64,000 nt of DNA from an uncultured Gammaproteobacteria bacterium (GTDB lineage Bacteria > Pseudomonadota > Gammaproteobacteria > JAURND01). Positions 49,826 to 59,073 of this stretch are shown piece after piece. The notes beneath the pieces were generated by a model. It had not been told where the DNA came from. It ran no database searches and saw only the letters and a list, made by a program, of their open reading frames with translations. The DNA lies in NCBI GenBank assembly GCA_963714975.1, contig CAVQQD010000003.1, positions 802,453 to 866,452 of the forward strand. Reading direction: 5' to 3'. The first letter of the stretch is position 1; every line of letters starts with the position of its first letter. The translations under genes and the position numbers were made by a program.

Positions 49826-50800
49826 ATGACTCATGACCTAAAAACAAAAGACAAGAATACCCGGGCTGATTTTGATCGTCCTTGGAAATTCGGTTTAGGA
49901 TTATATTTTCGTGATTTTATGGAATTTTGCTTGCCGGATATTGCCACGCAAATCGATTGGTCCAAAAATTGGGAATCACTTGATAAAGAATTAAGTAAAA
50001 TAACACGCCATGCCGCAATTGGTAATTGCATTGCAGATAAATTAATCAAAGTCCATGGAAAAAACGGAAAACAATCTTTAATATTGTGTCATCTTGAGAT
50101 TGAGGGGGATCCTCAGAGAGGAAACTTACCGCGTCGGATGATGATTTATCGGTATCGAATTTCTGATGTATGGAATCTACCTGTTGTTAGCATTGCTATT
50201 TTAATTGATAACGATCCAGATTGGCGCACTGATTATTACCGTGAAGCATGTTTTGGAACCTATCAGGAAGTGCGTTATCTAGTGATAAAAATATTGGATT
50301 ATCAAAAGCGTTGGCAAGAATTAGAAGCTATGAATAATCGTTTTTCCATGGTGATATTAGCCCAATTAGTGGCACTAAAAACACAGCAAGATAGCGAAGC
50401 GCGCTTACATGCCAAGACTGCTTTGACTCGTCAGTTGTATAAAAAGGGTTATACTAAACGCGATATTATTCAATTATTTACTCTGATTGATTGGCTTATT
50501 ACTCTTCCCAAAGAGCAAGAGCCAATATACAATCAAACGATAAAAAACATCGAGGAGAAACAACACATGAGATATATTACTACTCCAGAAAGACTTGGCA
50601 TTGAAAAGGGGATCAAGCAAGGTATAGAGCAAGGTATACAGCAAGGTGAATCTAATCTATTAATTCGCCTATTAAAGCGTCGCTTTCGTTTTATACCTCC
50701 TACTTATCTGACGCGAATTCAACAGGCAAGTGCTGAAACTCTTTTGTTGTGGGGCGAGCGAATCCTAGATGCTTCCACCTTAGAAGAGGTGTTTCTTTAA
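49826..50800 (+). CDS. Rpn-like (PD-(D/E)XK transposase-like) protein
   Basis: DFDRPWK, IDWSK..LDKEL, ADKLIKV, CHLEIE, YITTPERLGIEKGIKQGIEQGIQQG and a DUF4351-like tail. Confidence 0.8.
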   Translation: MTHDLKTKDKNTRADFDRPWKFGLGLYFRDFMEFCLPDIATQIDWSKNWESLDKELSKITRHAAIGNCIADKLIKVHGKNGKQSLILCHLEIEGDPQRGNLPRRMMIYRYRISDVWNLPVVSIAILIDNDPDWRTDYYREACFGTYQEVRYLVIKILDYQKRWQELEAMNNRFSMVILAQLVALKTQQDSEARLHAKTALTRQLYKKGYTKRDIIQLFTLIDWLITLPKEQEPIYNQTIKNIEEKQHMRYITTPERLGIEKGIKQGIEQGIQQGESNLLIRLLKRRFRFIPPTYLTRIQQASAETLLLWGERILDASTLEEVFL

Positions 50801-50838
50801 TTGAGATGCTTACTTAAGCATTCCGGCTGTCTGATAAA

Positions 50839-51606
50839 CTAAAAATAATTTTTCCATGCTCGTAATGCTGCAAAAACGTCAACCGCATTATGGAGAGGTT
50901 TTCCGATGTAATTTGTGACCGCTTGTCTGATAGTAGCTTGCCCACAGCGTAAAAATGGGTTGATGCGCTTTTCTTCGCCTAATAAACTAGGTAATGTGCA
51001 GCCTTGCTCCTCAATGCTAACACGTACTTGTGTTATTTTTTGCTGAATCCATGGGTTGTGTGGCTCTACCGTTTGTGCAAAGCGCAAATTATTTAAGGTA
51101 TATTCGTGCCCACAATAGATAGCAGTAGTATCGGGTAATTGCATCAATTGAGACAGTGAAGTATACATTTGCTCAGTGCTTCCTTCAAAAATTTTGCCAC
51201 AACCCGCGCTAAAAAGTGTGTCACCACAAAATAAAATTGGATCTGCATAATAAGCCACATGGTCTAAGGTGTGTCCTGGAATTGCAATAACTTGGAAATT
51301 AAAACCTCCACACTGAAAAACCTCATCCGGTGTGAGGCGGTGATTGATTAAACTAACCGGACTTACCTGGCTACCGTAAACGGAAATGTCTCCTGCGTAG
51401 CGTAGCAAGTCTTTAATTCCGCCAGAATGATCATGATGGTGGTGGGTTAATAAAATACCCTGAAGGGTAAGATTTCTAGCTTTCAATTGATGAATGACAG
51501 GCATTGCTTCACCTGGATCAACTACCCAAGCATTTTGAGTCAGCTCATCATAGAACATCCAAATATAATTATCTTGCAAAGCCTTAATAGGGAAGGGTCC
51601 GTGCAT
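50839..51606 (-). CDS. gloB: Hydroxyacylglutathione hydrolase
   Basis: DNYIW, THHHHDHSGG, PGHTLDH, FCGDTLFSAGCG, CGHEYT, NPFLR. Confidence 0.95.
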   Translation of the reverse strand: MHGPFPIKALQDNYIWMFYDELTQNAWVVDPGEAMPVIHQLKARNLTLQGILLTHHHHDHSGGIKDLLRYAGDISVYGSQVSPVSLINHRLTPDEVFQCGGFNFQVIAIPGHTLDHVAYYADPILFCGDTLFSAGCGKIFEGSTEQMYTSLSQLMQLPDTTAIYCGHEYTLNNLRFAQTVEPHNPWIQQKITQVRVSIEEQGCTLPSLLGEEKRINPFLRCGQATIRQAVTNYIGKPLHNAVDVFAALRAWKNYF

Positions 51607-51643
51607 ACATAGCCTGTATTAAGTTGTGCCCAGTATGGGAAAT

Positions 51644-51791
51644 TCTTCGTCATCCCGAGAAGCATGCCACCGGTCATCCGGAGAAGCATGCCACTGTCAT
51701 CTCGAGCGAAGCGAGGGATCTCCTGCAATTGGCATGGAGATCCCTCGCTTCGCTCGGGATGACGGTGGCATGCTCCTCGGGATGACGAAGA
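51644..51791. repeat. Two-level nested GTCA-tagged palindrome
   Basis: Outer tcttcgtcatcccgagaagcatgccac (partly duplicated on the left) pairs with gtggcatgctcctcgggatgacgaaga. The inner doublet 51696-51763 is similar to 24727-24801 and 58311-58385. Confidence 0.9.
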
Positions 51792-52014
51792 TAATGCCAG
51801 AGTGGAATGCAACTTGTACAGGTTAGGTAGGCGCTGACCCTATTAACCCTGCATTTTCAAAAGAGTAGCATAACCTCTCAAATGAGAATGATTTCTATTT
51901 ACATGTACTAAAGCTTCAGTTATTATAGGCGTCGTTTTGAAAGAATTGTTTGAAAATCAACACTGTAACCTCCCTTTCAGGGCTATCCGAATTTACTGAG
52001 ATGAGAAAAATTTT

Positions 52015-52995
52015 ATGACTACTGAGAGCAGCGCACCGGAAAAAAATGCCAGTAATTTTAGAAGAATTATTAATATCTTAAAAAAGCCTATAGATTCCAT
52101 CGACGACATCTGGTTAGGAATTAGCAAAATTGTAAAAGGCCTGCCCACAAACGTCTCTGCTTATTTGATAGGGGTGTTCGGTTTTATGATTCATCACTGG
52201 GAAGGTGTTCGTGAAGCAAAAGAACATCTTGAAGAAGCTGAAAATCCTCACTTTGGTCAACGTAACTCGCGAGTAGCCGCTGTGCGTATTTCACAGCTAT
52301 TTTCCTTTATTGGTCGAGCATTAGCGATAATACTCATATGCAATACCCTCATCACTGATCTAGCCGGCATCAGTTGGTTTAATAACTTTAATTCATTCTT
52401 AACTGACACAATAGGTTTCAATGGAATATCAAGAATAGGACTTTTTCCATTTCTTATTTCTGGATTTGCAGCTGCAATCTATGCAACACATTTGTTGCGA
52501 AAATGGTATAGTTTTCATGTAGAAAAGCATAAAACCGAAACTGATAATGAAAATTTGTATCTCAAGGATAAAGTTATACGAGATTTTTATTATGGACGCT
52601 TAGAGATTTGCGCCTCTGCAGTGTGTCTTTATGGTTTAATGTTAGGTACGGAAGGATATTTTGATCAACTTAAAAATTTATCGGGCGATGCTCTCACTGA
52701 AAATACCGGCTATATTATTATTGCAGGAGTGGTCTTGGGGTTAGTGGTTAAAATTTTTGAAGATAGAGCTGAAACCTTATCACAAGAGCGCTTTGTCAAT
52801 GATTATGCTGCAATCCAGAAAGCACTAGGTTCTGAGGGCGCAGCCAATCCAATAACTTCTTACGTGCCGTCCCCACAGGAAACAGTGATCCATCCAGGAA
52901 GCGGAAGCCTCGATACAGGCAGGACTAATCAGCCAATTCAGTTTTCCCGTCAACAGATCGAACAGACGGGTGGCCGGTATCAATTCAGCAAATAA
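52015..52995 (+). CDS. Hypothetical multi-TM protein
   Basis: 326-aa ORF with several hydrophobic helices. Confidence 0.7.
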   Translation: MTTESSAPEKNASNFRRIINILKKPIDSIDDIWLGISKIVKGLPTNVSAYLIGVFGFMIHHWEGVREAKEHLEEAENPHFGQRNSRVAAVRISQLFSFIGRALAIILICNTLITDLAGISWFNNFNSFLTDTIGFNGISRIGLFPFLISGFAAAIYATHLLRKWYSFHVEKHKTETDNENLYLKDKVIRDFYYGRLEICASAVCLYGLMLGTEGYFDQLKNLSGDALTENTGYIIIAGVVLGLVVKIFEDRAETLSQERFVNDYAAIQKALGSEGAANPITSYVPSPQETVIHPGSGSLDTGRTNQPIQFSRQQIEQTGGRYQFSK

Positions 52996-52997
52996 CG

Positions 52998-53444
52998 TCA
53001 TTCTTTGTTTAGGATCATTTCCATAGCAGTAATGTATCCTTGTTGCTTTGCAGGTACCCACATATAAAGAGTGCCCAATAAATTCGCGGTGTTACCACCA
53101 TGAGTTATAGGCCCTGAAAACTTGGTTAAGGGGGTGTCGGCTGAAAGCTTATTGTCATAGCACAGAGTGGTCGGTATAAAAAACTGTTCTGGATTTTGAC
53201 AGACCCCTGAAGTGATATTTAAGTTAGCAGACATTGAATAAAGATTAGTAGTGCGCCGATTACCTCCGCCAAAAATTACTCTACCTGAATAGCGACATAA
53301 TTCTCTGTTTTCAAGTTTCAGTACTACTTGCGCGACCCAGTTGCCGCGCAGGTTGCTACAAAAATCAGGCTCAGAGCTGGTAATTGCTGAATAAGCCGAG
53401 GGAATGCAAATTAATAAAGAACTGGCAATAATTTTGCGTAACAT
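52998..53444 (-). CDS. Secreted hypothetical protein
   Basis: Signal peptide ending AYS; 4 Cys in the mature part. Confidence 0.7.
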   Translation of the reverse strand: MLRKIIASSLLICIPSAYSAITSSEPDFCSNLRGNWVAQVVLKLENRELCRYSGRVIFGGGNRRTTNLYSMSANLNITSGVCQNPEQFFIPTTLCYDNKLSADTPLTKFSGPITHGGNTANLLGTLYMWVPAKQQGYITAMEMILNKE

Positions 53445-53452
53445 ATGAATTC

Positions 53453-54502
53453 CTAAAAAGCTGTAGTGGTGGGGGTTCTTTCTGTTCGAGGAGCAATTGT
53501 GCTTGAGTTTTTCTCAATTTCTTTTTCTGTAGTTGAAAGTGTTTCCGTATTTGTTTGTCCAATGGTGGCAATAAAACTATCTTTTAGCAGATGTGCTTCG
53601 TCTAGAGATATGCCTGTATTTGGATTACGATTACCGGCAGTGCATAGCAACTCTTTAGGGGTACCGAATATTGGCCTAACCCCCAACATTTTTTGTAATG
53701 AGCTATCTAGCGGCTGAGTTCCTAAAATCTTTCCATAAAGATGAGCGCCTTTGGGGGTTTGACCATCGCCCCCTGCGATAAACCAAATTCCTTTTAGATT
53801 ATCTTTTTTCATTTCTTGGAATGCTAGCAGTAAAAGTGTCTGTGCTACACCCTGATTAGTTTCGTCTTTGTTGACAATAAAATCTGATATATATGCTAAA
53901 TCATCATGAATAAAGAGGTGTATTCCGGCCACAAATTTCTTTTTTTGTGGGTCGTAAATAGCTATAGTGTTAACAAATTCGTTGTCAATTTTTTTCTTGG
54001 CAGCGATTGGAGAATAAAGGCCAGCTTCTATTTTTTGTGATGTGACAAAACTTGCATTGTCTTTTTGAAACTGGTCGTATTCCCCATATAACTCCTTATA
54101 GTCCTCAGGGTTTTTGAGTAAAACATATTTCCCTTCTTTTGCTTCATCATCGTTAAATCGGTTTAATATATTTATTACCTTGGATTTTTTAGCTATAAGT
54201 TTCATCCGGTCGGTTAATGTATCCTTATCGACATATTGTAGGTGGGCAGAGCTTTCTTGTGCGGGTAGCGTGCTACTTAATGCCTCAGGTAGTTGCAGTA
54301 AGATTTTTCCGCCCACATTTTCTTGCAAATAAGCTTCAAATGCTTTGGTTAACTTAGTTTGTGATTCATTACGGGGAGGTAGATCAGTAATCCTTGCCAC
54401 GACCATATTGTCTCGTGGATTCATTTTGAGGGAGGCTTTAAATTCTTTGTGCTCTGCGTGAGTGATCGTATAATGATTAATTGTTTCCTTTTTTAGTTGC
54501 AT
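53453..54502 (-). CDS. GNAT-family acetyltransferase domain protein
   Basis: AYISDFIVNKDETNQGVAQTLL (motif A-like), AHLYGKILG. Confidence 0.7.
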   Translation of the reverse strand: MQLKKETINHYTITHAEHKEFKASLKMNPRDNMVVARITDLPPRNESQTKLTKAFEAYLQENVGGKILLQLPEALSSTLPAQESSAHLQYVDKDTLTDRMKLIAKKSKVINILNRFNDDEAKEGKYVLLKNPEDYKELYGEYDQFQKDNASFVTSQKIEAGLYSPIAAKKKIDNEFVNTIAIYDPQKKKFVAGIHLFIHDDLAYISDFIVNKDETNQGVAQTLLLLAFQEMKKDNLKGIWFIAGGDGQTPKGAHLYGKILGTQPLDSSLQKMLGVRPIFGTPKELLCTAGNRNPNTGISLDEAHLLKDSFIATIGQTNTETLSTTEKEIEKNSSTIAPRTERTPTTTAF

Positions 54503-54675
54503 GGGATTTGAGCCTCGTGAGTTTAATTTAATATTAATAATTGTATGATAGGCTCAGTGTCTTGAGTTGTCTACAGCTTTAGATTTAATATGCGACCTTG
54601 CTAAAACCTCTTGTGCTGACCATACAGTCAATGTTTTAATAGCTGTCCTTTCATTACAAATTAGGGGGTATAGTT

Positions 54676-54984
54676 ATGAGTAAAAAAGCTGTGGTTAAAA
54701 AACCAGTAGTGCATGAACACGAACATTCAGAGGATTGCTTGCACTTTGACGATATGGATGATGCCTATGATGCATTTGAACCAGGGGCAGTAGAGATGAT
54801 AGATAAAGTAATGGATTCTGCTAATCATCAAGTGACTGTGGCATTAGAGTTAACTCGATTAGTCTATAAAAATGAAACAGACACTGTGGACGGAAAAGAG
54901 GTTTTGGCAACATTTAAGGAGGCTTGTGCTGTGGTAGCAGAATACCATCCCGTGCAAAAAATAATCGAGCAATTAGGTTCGTAA
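54676..54984 (+). CDS. Hypothetical acidic protein
   Basis: RBS ggggg; 102 aa; TAATG-coupled to the next gene. Confidence 0.7.
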   Translation: MSKKAVVKKPVVHEHEHSEDCLHFDDMDDAYDAFEPGAVEMIDKVMDSANHQVTVALELTRLVYKNETDTVDGKEVLATFKEACAVVAEYHPVQKIIEQLGS

Positions 54985-55598
54985 TGGGATTTATTGCCCA
55001 AGAAAATCCACTGCATTTAATTACAGGGAATTCGGAAGCGGATACGGAGAAATTTCTTGAGCTGCTTACTACTGCATTAATAAATGGAATAAAACTTGTA
55101 CAAATCAGAGCCAAGTCTTTGAGCTCTGATCAGTATGCAAACTTGGCCTCTGCTGCTGTGGAGTTATGCCATCAATATCAAGCTAAGGCTTTAATGAATG
55201 GGCATATGAATCTCTTAAGCAGCAGTGATGCTGATGGTATTCACCTGCCCAGTAAAGATTTAATGCAGTTAACGCATAGACCTGTCTCTAAAGAATTTTT
55301 ATTTTCTGTTGCCTGTCATAATAAGGAACAAATTCTCCAAGCAAAATTAGTGCAAGCAGATTTTGTCCTATTGTCTCCCGTGTTAGCCACCCCTTCCTGC
55401 CCTAGTGACGAGCCCTTAGGGTGGGAAAAGTTCTCTGAAATCGCTCGAACTGTTGATATCCCTGTTTATGCTTTGGGTGGCATGACCTCTGAAGATCTTT
55501 CGATAGCAAAAGCGCATGGAGCCGTTGGCATTGCCGCAATTCGCTCTTTGTGGGGAAGGTCTCTTCTTACCGAAGGGCGAACGGAATTTGGAAAGTAA
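54984..55598 (+). CDS. Thiamine-phosphate synthase-like protein
   Basis: GIKLVQIRAK, ADGIHL, VACHN, LSPVLATPS, PVYALGGM, GAVGIAAIR. Confidence 0.85.
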   Translation: MGFIAQENPLHLITGNSEADTEKFLELLTTALINGIKLVQIRAKSLSSDQYANLASAAVELCHQYQAKALMNGHMNLLSSSDADGIHLPSKDLMQLTHRPVSKEFLFSVACHNKEQILQAKLVQADFVLLSPVLATPSCPSDEPLGWEKFSEIARTVDIPVYALGGMTSEDLSIAKAHGAVGIAAIRSLWGRSLLTEGRTEFGK

Positions 55599-58254
55599 AT
55601 TTAGCCCCATGCGGTAGTACGTTTTCGGCAAAAATTTGCCCTTCATGTGCTTCAATAATGGCACGACAAATGGCTAGGCCTAAACCTACCCCGCCGGTTT
55701 CTGGTTGCTTTTCAACGCGGGTGAATTTTTCAAATAAAGTTTTTTCCATCCCTTTAGGAAATCCAGGTCCATTATCTTGCACTGAAACAATAATAGCTTG
55801 CTCACGCTCTTCTGCTGAGATAATAATTTGGCTTCCTAAAGGGGTAAATTTTCCAGCGTTTTCAAAAAGTTGATAAAACACTCGTTGTAATAAAATTGGA
55901 TCGGCACATACTTTGGGAAAATCTGGAGGAATTTCAACCATCAGGGAGTGTTGTATAAGTAAAACTTTACATTCTTGGATTGCTGCTTGAATGATTTCAT
56001 TTAAATTAATTTCGCGTTTATTGAGAGCCATTTTACCTGTCTGCAGCCGAGCCATATCGAGTAAATTAGCGATGAGACGCTGTAATTGCTCCGTTCGTTC
56101 ATAAAGTAATGGAACTATCATCGCAATTTTTTCTGGGACGGTTACATCCGCAATTAATTGCTGCGATAAATTCATGATGCTGTGTATAGGCTTATCCAGT
56201 TCATGAGAAATTTCATCGAGAATTGCATTCCGTAAACGCTCAATTTCCATCGTCAATAACGCATTTCTGGCGACTTCTACATAATGCATGTGCTCCAGAG
56301 AAGAGGCAATTTGACTGGTTAATGCGTCTAACATATCTTGTTGCTCGGGGAGAAATAATTCAGAAGTCTTTCCCGGAAGCAGTGCCACCACGCCACGAAT
56401 CCCCATGGGAGCAATTAAAGGTAAATACAGAATTGGGCTACCCGCTAAAGTTTGAGTTCCAAGTCCGGCAGGTTGCTTGTGATCAAATACCCATTGTGCC
56501 AGGGCAAGGTCAGCATTAAGAAGAATAATACTGGGGGCAATGTGCTCGGTGACTGAATAGACTTTATTTTGTGCGTTGGGCAAGAAAAAAGCCATTTTCG
56601 TTTGAAACCCATTGTGCAAATGTTGGCTACTGATATCAATAATTTGTGGTAGGCTGAGTGCAGTTGAAAGTTCCTTACTAAGACTCGAGATTGCATGGGT
56701 GCGGCGTTCGCGATAGATGGCAATGCGTGCCTGATAGCGTAAACTAGCGGTGAGGTGGGTAATGGTTAAAGCAGTCAGTAGCATGACACCAAAAATGAGC
56801 AAATGTTGCAGGTCTTGAGTTGCAATACTTAATTGGAAGGGTACGAAAAAAAACCCAAAAGCAATAGTAGTAATAAATGAAGCAAAGATGCTAGGACCGC
56901 GGCCATAGTAAATAGCAATCATCAGCACACCGAGCAGATAAAACATCGCGATACTGATTACGGAAAAAATATTGCTGAACAAGAAAGAACAAGCGCTGAT
57001 GGCGCCACAGAGGATTGCAGCAAAGAGGTAACCGGACAACCGACTTTTTGTCGCAGCGGCGGTTTCTAGACCTATCGCCGTGGCGACGCTAGGTTTCTCT
57101 GTGACTTCCGCTTCTTCTTGACATCCTACGACATAAATATCGATATCAGAAATAGACTCAGTCAGTTGGTCAAACAAAGTTGGTCTGAATAAACGTGAAA
57201 ATTTTCCACGGCGTGATTTTCCCACGATGATTTTAGTGACATTACGGTCATGGGCATAACTAATAATTGCTTCGATACGATGAGATCCGGCCAATATTTT
57301 TACGTTAGCGCCCAATGCATGTGCCAATCTTAAATTTTTCAGTATTTGACTGCGCTGTTTTTTGGAAAGTTTTTGCAGTTTTGGGGTTTCTACATAGACG
57401 GCTAACCAATTAGCCCGCAAAGAATTAGCAAGACGATAACCACGACGAATTAATTTTTCACCCGTTTCTCCAGGACCCACGCACACCAGTAATTGTTCTT
57501 TAGCTTGCCAGATGCGTTCAATGGCTTTGTCGCTACGGTATTCGCGCATTTGCACGTCAACTCGATCAGCCATGCGCCGTAATGCAAGTTCGCGTAAAGC
57601 AATTAAATTGCCTTTACGAAAAAAATTTTTGACTGCCTGGCGAATTTGACCCGTTAAATAGATTTTTCCTTCGTGTAAACGCTGGAGTAATTCCTCGGTA
57701 GGTAAATCCACTAACACTACTTCATCCGCATTGTCAAAGACACGATCTGGAATTGTTTCTTGCACATGCACGGTAGTAATTTGGCTCACTACATCAGTTA
57801 GGCTTTCTAAATGTTGTACATTTAAAGTACTATAAACATCGATTCCAGCATCCAAAAGTTCTTCAACATCTTGCCAGCGTTTCTTATGGCGCGAGCCTGG
57901 AATGTTGGAGTGAGCTAATTCATCGACTAATACCACAGTGGCTGGTGATTTTATTGCGGCATCCAAGTCAAATTCATCTAATAGTTTGTCATGGTAGGCG
58001 ATTTTTTTCCTAGGAAGAATCGATAGTCCTTGCAGTAAAGCTTCTGTTTCAGGACGTCCATGAGTTTCGATAAGACCTACCACGACATTGACGTGTTGTG
58101 CGCGTAATGTTTGAGCAGCGTGCAGCATGGTGAAGGTTTTGCCCACTCCAGCACAAGCGCCAAAGAAAATTTTCAACCGCCCACGGCCTTGTTTTTCTTC
58201 ATTAGCTTGCAAATTTTTTAATACGGCATCAGGGCTGGGGCGTTTTTCTTGCAT
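55567..58254 (-). CDS. kdpD: Sensor kinase KdpD
   Basis: GRLKIFFGACAGVGKT, VDELAHSN, KRWQDVEELL, NVQHLESL, LRELALR, and USP, 4-TM, GAF and HATPase regions. Confidence 0.95.
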   Translation of the reverse strand: MQEKRPSPDAVLKNLQANEEKQGRGRLKIFFGACAGVGKTFTMLHAAQTLRAQHVNVVVGLIETHGRPETEALLQGLSILPRKKIAYHDKLLDEFDLDAAIKSPATVVLVDELAHSNIPGSRHKKRWQDVEELLDAGIDVYSTLNVQHLESLTDVVSQITTVHVQETIPDRVFDNADEVVLVDLPTEELLQRLHEGKIYLTGQIRQAVKNFFRKGNLIALRELALRRMADRVDVQMREYRSDKAIERIWQAKEQLLVCVGPGETGEKLIRRGYRLANSLRANWLAVYVETPKLQKLSKKQRSQILKNLRLAHALGANVKILAGSHRIEAIISYAHDRNVTKIIVGKSRRGKFSRLFRPTLFDQLTESISDIDIYVVGCQEEAEVTEKPSVATAIGLETAAATKSRLSGYLFAAILCGAISACSFLFSNIFSVISIAMFYLLGVLMIAIYYGRGPSIFASFITTIAFGFFFVPFQLSIATQDLQHLLIFGVMLLTALTITHLTASLRYQARIAIYRERRTHAISSLSKELSTALSLPQIIDISSQHLHNGFQTKMAFFLPNAQNKVYSVTEHIAPSIILLNADLALAQWVFDHKQPAGLGTQTLAGSPILYLPLIAPMGIRGVVALLPGKTSELFLPEQQDMLDALTSQIASSLEHMHYVEVARNALLTMEIERLRNAILDEISHELDKPIHSIMNLSQQLIADVTVPEKIAMIVPLLYERTEQLQRLIANLLDMARLQTGKMALNKREINLNEIIQAAIQECKVLLIQHSLMVEIPPDFPKVCADPILLQRVFYQLFENAGKFTPLGSQIIISAEEREQAIIVSVQDNGPGFPKGMEKTLFEKFTRVEKQPETGGVGLGLAICRAIIEAHEGQIFAENVLPHGAKFTFQIPFALR

Positions 58255-58260
58255 CGCTAC

Positions 58261-59073
58261 CTACTTGGTTTGTCGTCCTGGCATGGATGCCAGGATCCAC
58301 GGCGCAGCTCCGTCATCCCGAGGAGCTTGCGACGAGGGATCGCCATGCCAGTTGCAGGAGATCCTTCGCTTCGCTCGGGATGACGAAGAGAGGGACTGGA
58401 TCCCTGCTTCCTGCAGGGACGACGTATATTGATCTAGTAATAAATTTAATTTTAAAACATTCACTCTAGGCTCACCTAATAAACCAAGAAGGCGAGATTG
58501 GATTTGTGCATTGACTAATTCAAGCAGCTTGTTTTCAGAGATCCCACGTATTTGCGCAATGCGAGGTATTTGATACAAGGCAGCGGCGGGGCTGATATCA
58601 GGATCCAGACCGCTGGCTGACGAGGTGACTAAATCCACCGGTAGCGGGTCATCAGGATGCGGGTATTGTAGTAATTTTTGTTTTAGTTGCGTTATTTGCG
58701 TTAGTAAACTAGGGTTCAAAGGGCCTAAATTAGAGCCCCCAGAAGCTAGAGCATTGTAAGGATGGCCATGAGTAGCGGAAGGTCTGCCCCAGAAATATTT
58801 AGGATCAGTAAAATTCTGACCGATGAACGCAGAACCAATAATTTTGTCATTGCATCCTGCGGGCTGGTTCCCTGCTTCCTGCAGGGATGACGATGGTTGC
58901 AGGGATGACGATGGTTGCAGGGATGACGTACACTGCATTTTTAATAAGCTGCCATTCACTTGGGCTGGGAATAGCAGTTGGCCAATACCAGTCACCAATA
59001 AGGGATAAATGATTCCACAAACTAAACTAAACAATAAAAATAGACTGATTGTAGCGCGTAACCATGTTCTCAT
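58261..59073 (-). CDS. kdpC: K+-transporting ATPase subunit C with palindrome-derived insertion and tail
   Basis: [51 protein letters not shown]; 270 aa versus the usual ~190. Confidence 0.93.
   Translation of the reverse strand: MRTWLRATISLFLLFSLVCGIIYPLLVTGIGQLLFPAQVNGSLLKMQCTSSLQPSSSLQPSSSLQEAGNQPAGCNDKIIGSAFIGQNFTDPKYFWGRPSATHGHPYNALASGGSNLGPLNPSLLTQITQLKQKLLQYPHPDDPLPVDLVTSSASGLDPDISPAAALYQIPRIAQIRGISENKLLELVNAQIQSRLLGLLGEPRVNVLKLNLLLDQYTSSLQEAGIQSLSSSSRAKRRISCNWHGDPSSQAPRDDGAAPWILASMPGRQTK
58272..58424. repeat. Family C outer doublet with nested GTCATCCCGAG doublet, encoding the KdpC tail
   Basis: Outer gtcgtcctggcatggatgccaggatcca and ctggatccctgcttcctgcagggacgacg; inner doublet at 58311-58385. 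Confidence 0.92.
58846..58930. repeat. Family C element with 18-bp tandem amplification in frame in kdpC
   Basis: ctggttccctgcttcc followed by tgcagggatgacgatggt at 58880 and 58898, and a partial copy at 58916. Confidence 0.9.

Noticed and set aside
58880-58928. Short direct repeats here and at 51649-51695 as possible CRISPR arrays
   Set aside because: There are no unique spacers and no cas genes; these are tandem copies of palindrome arms.
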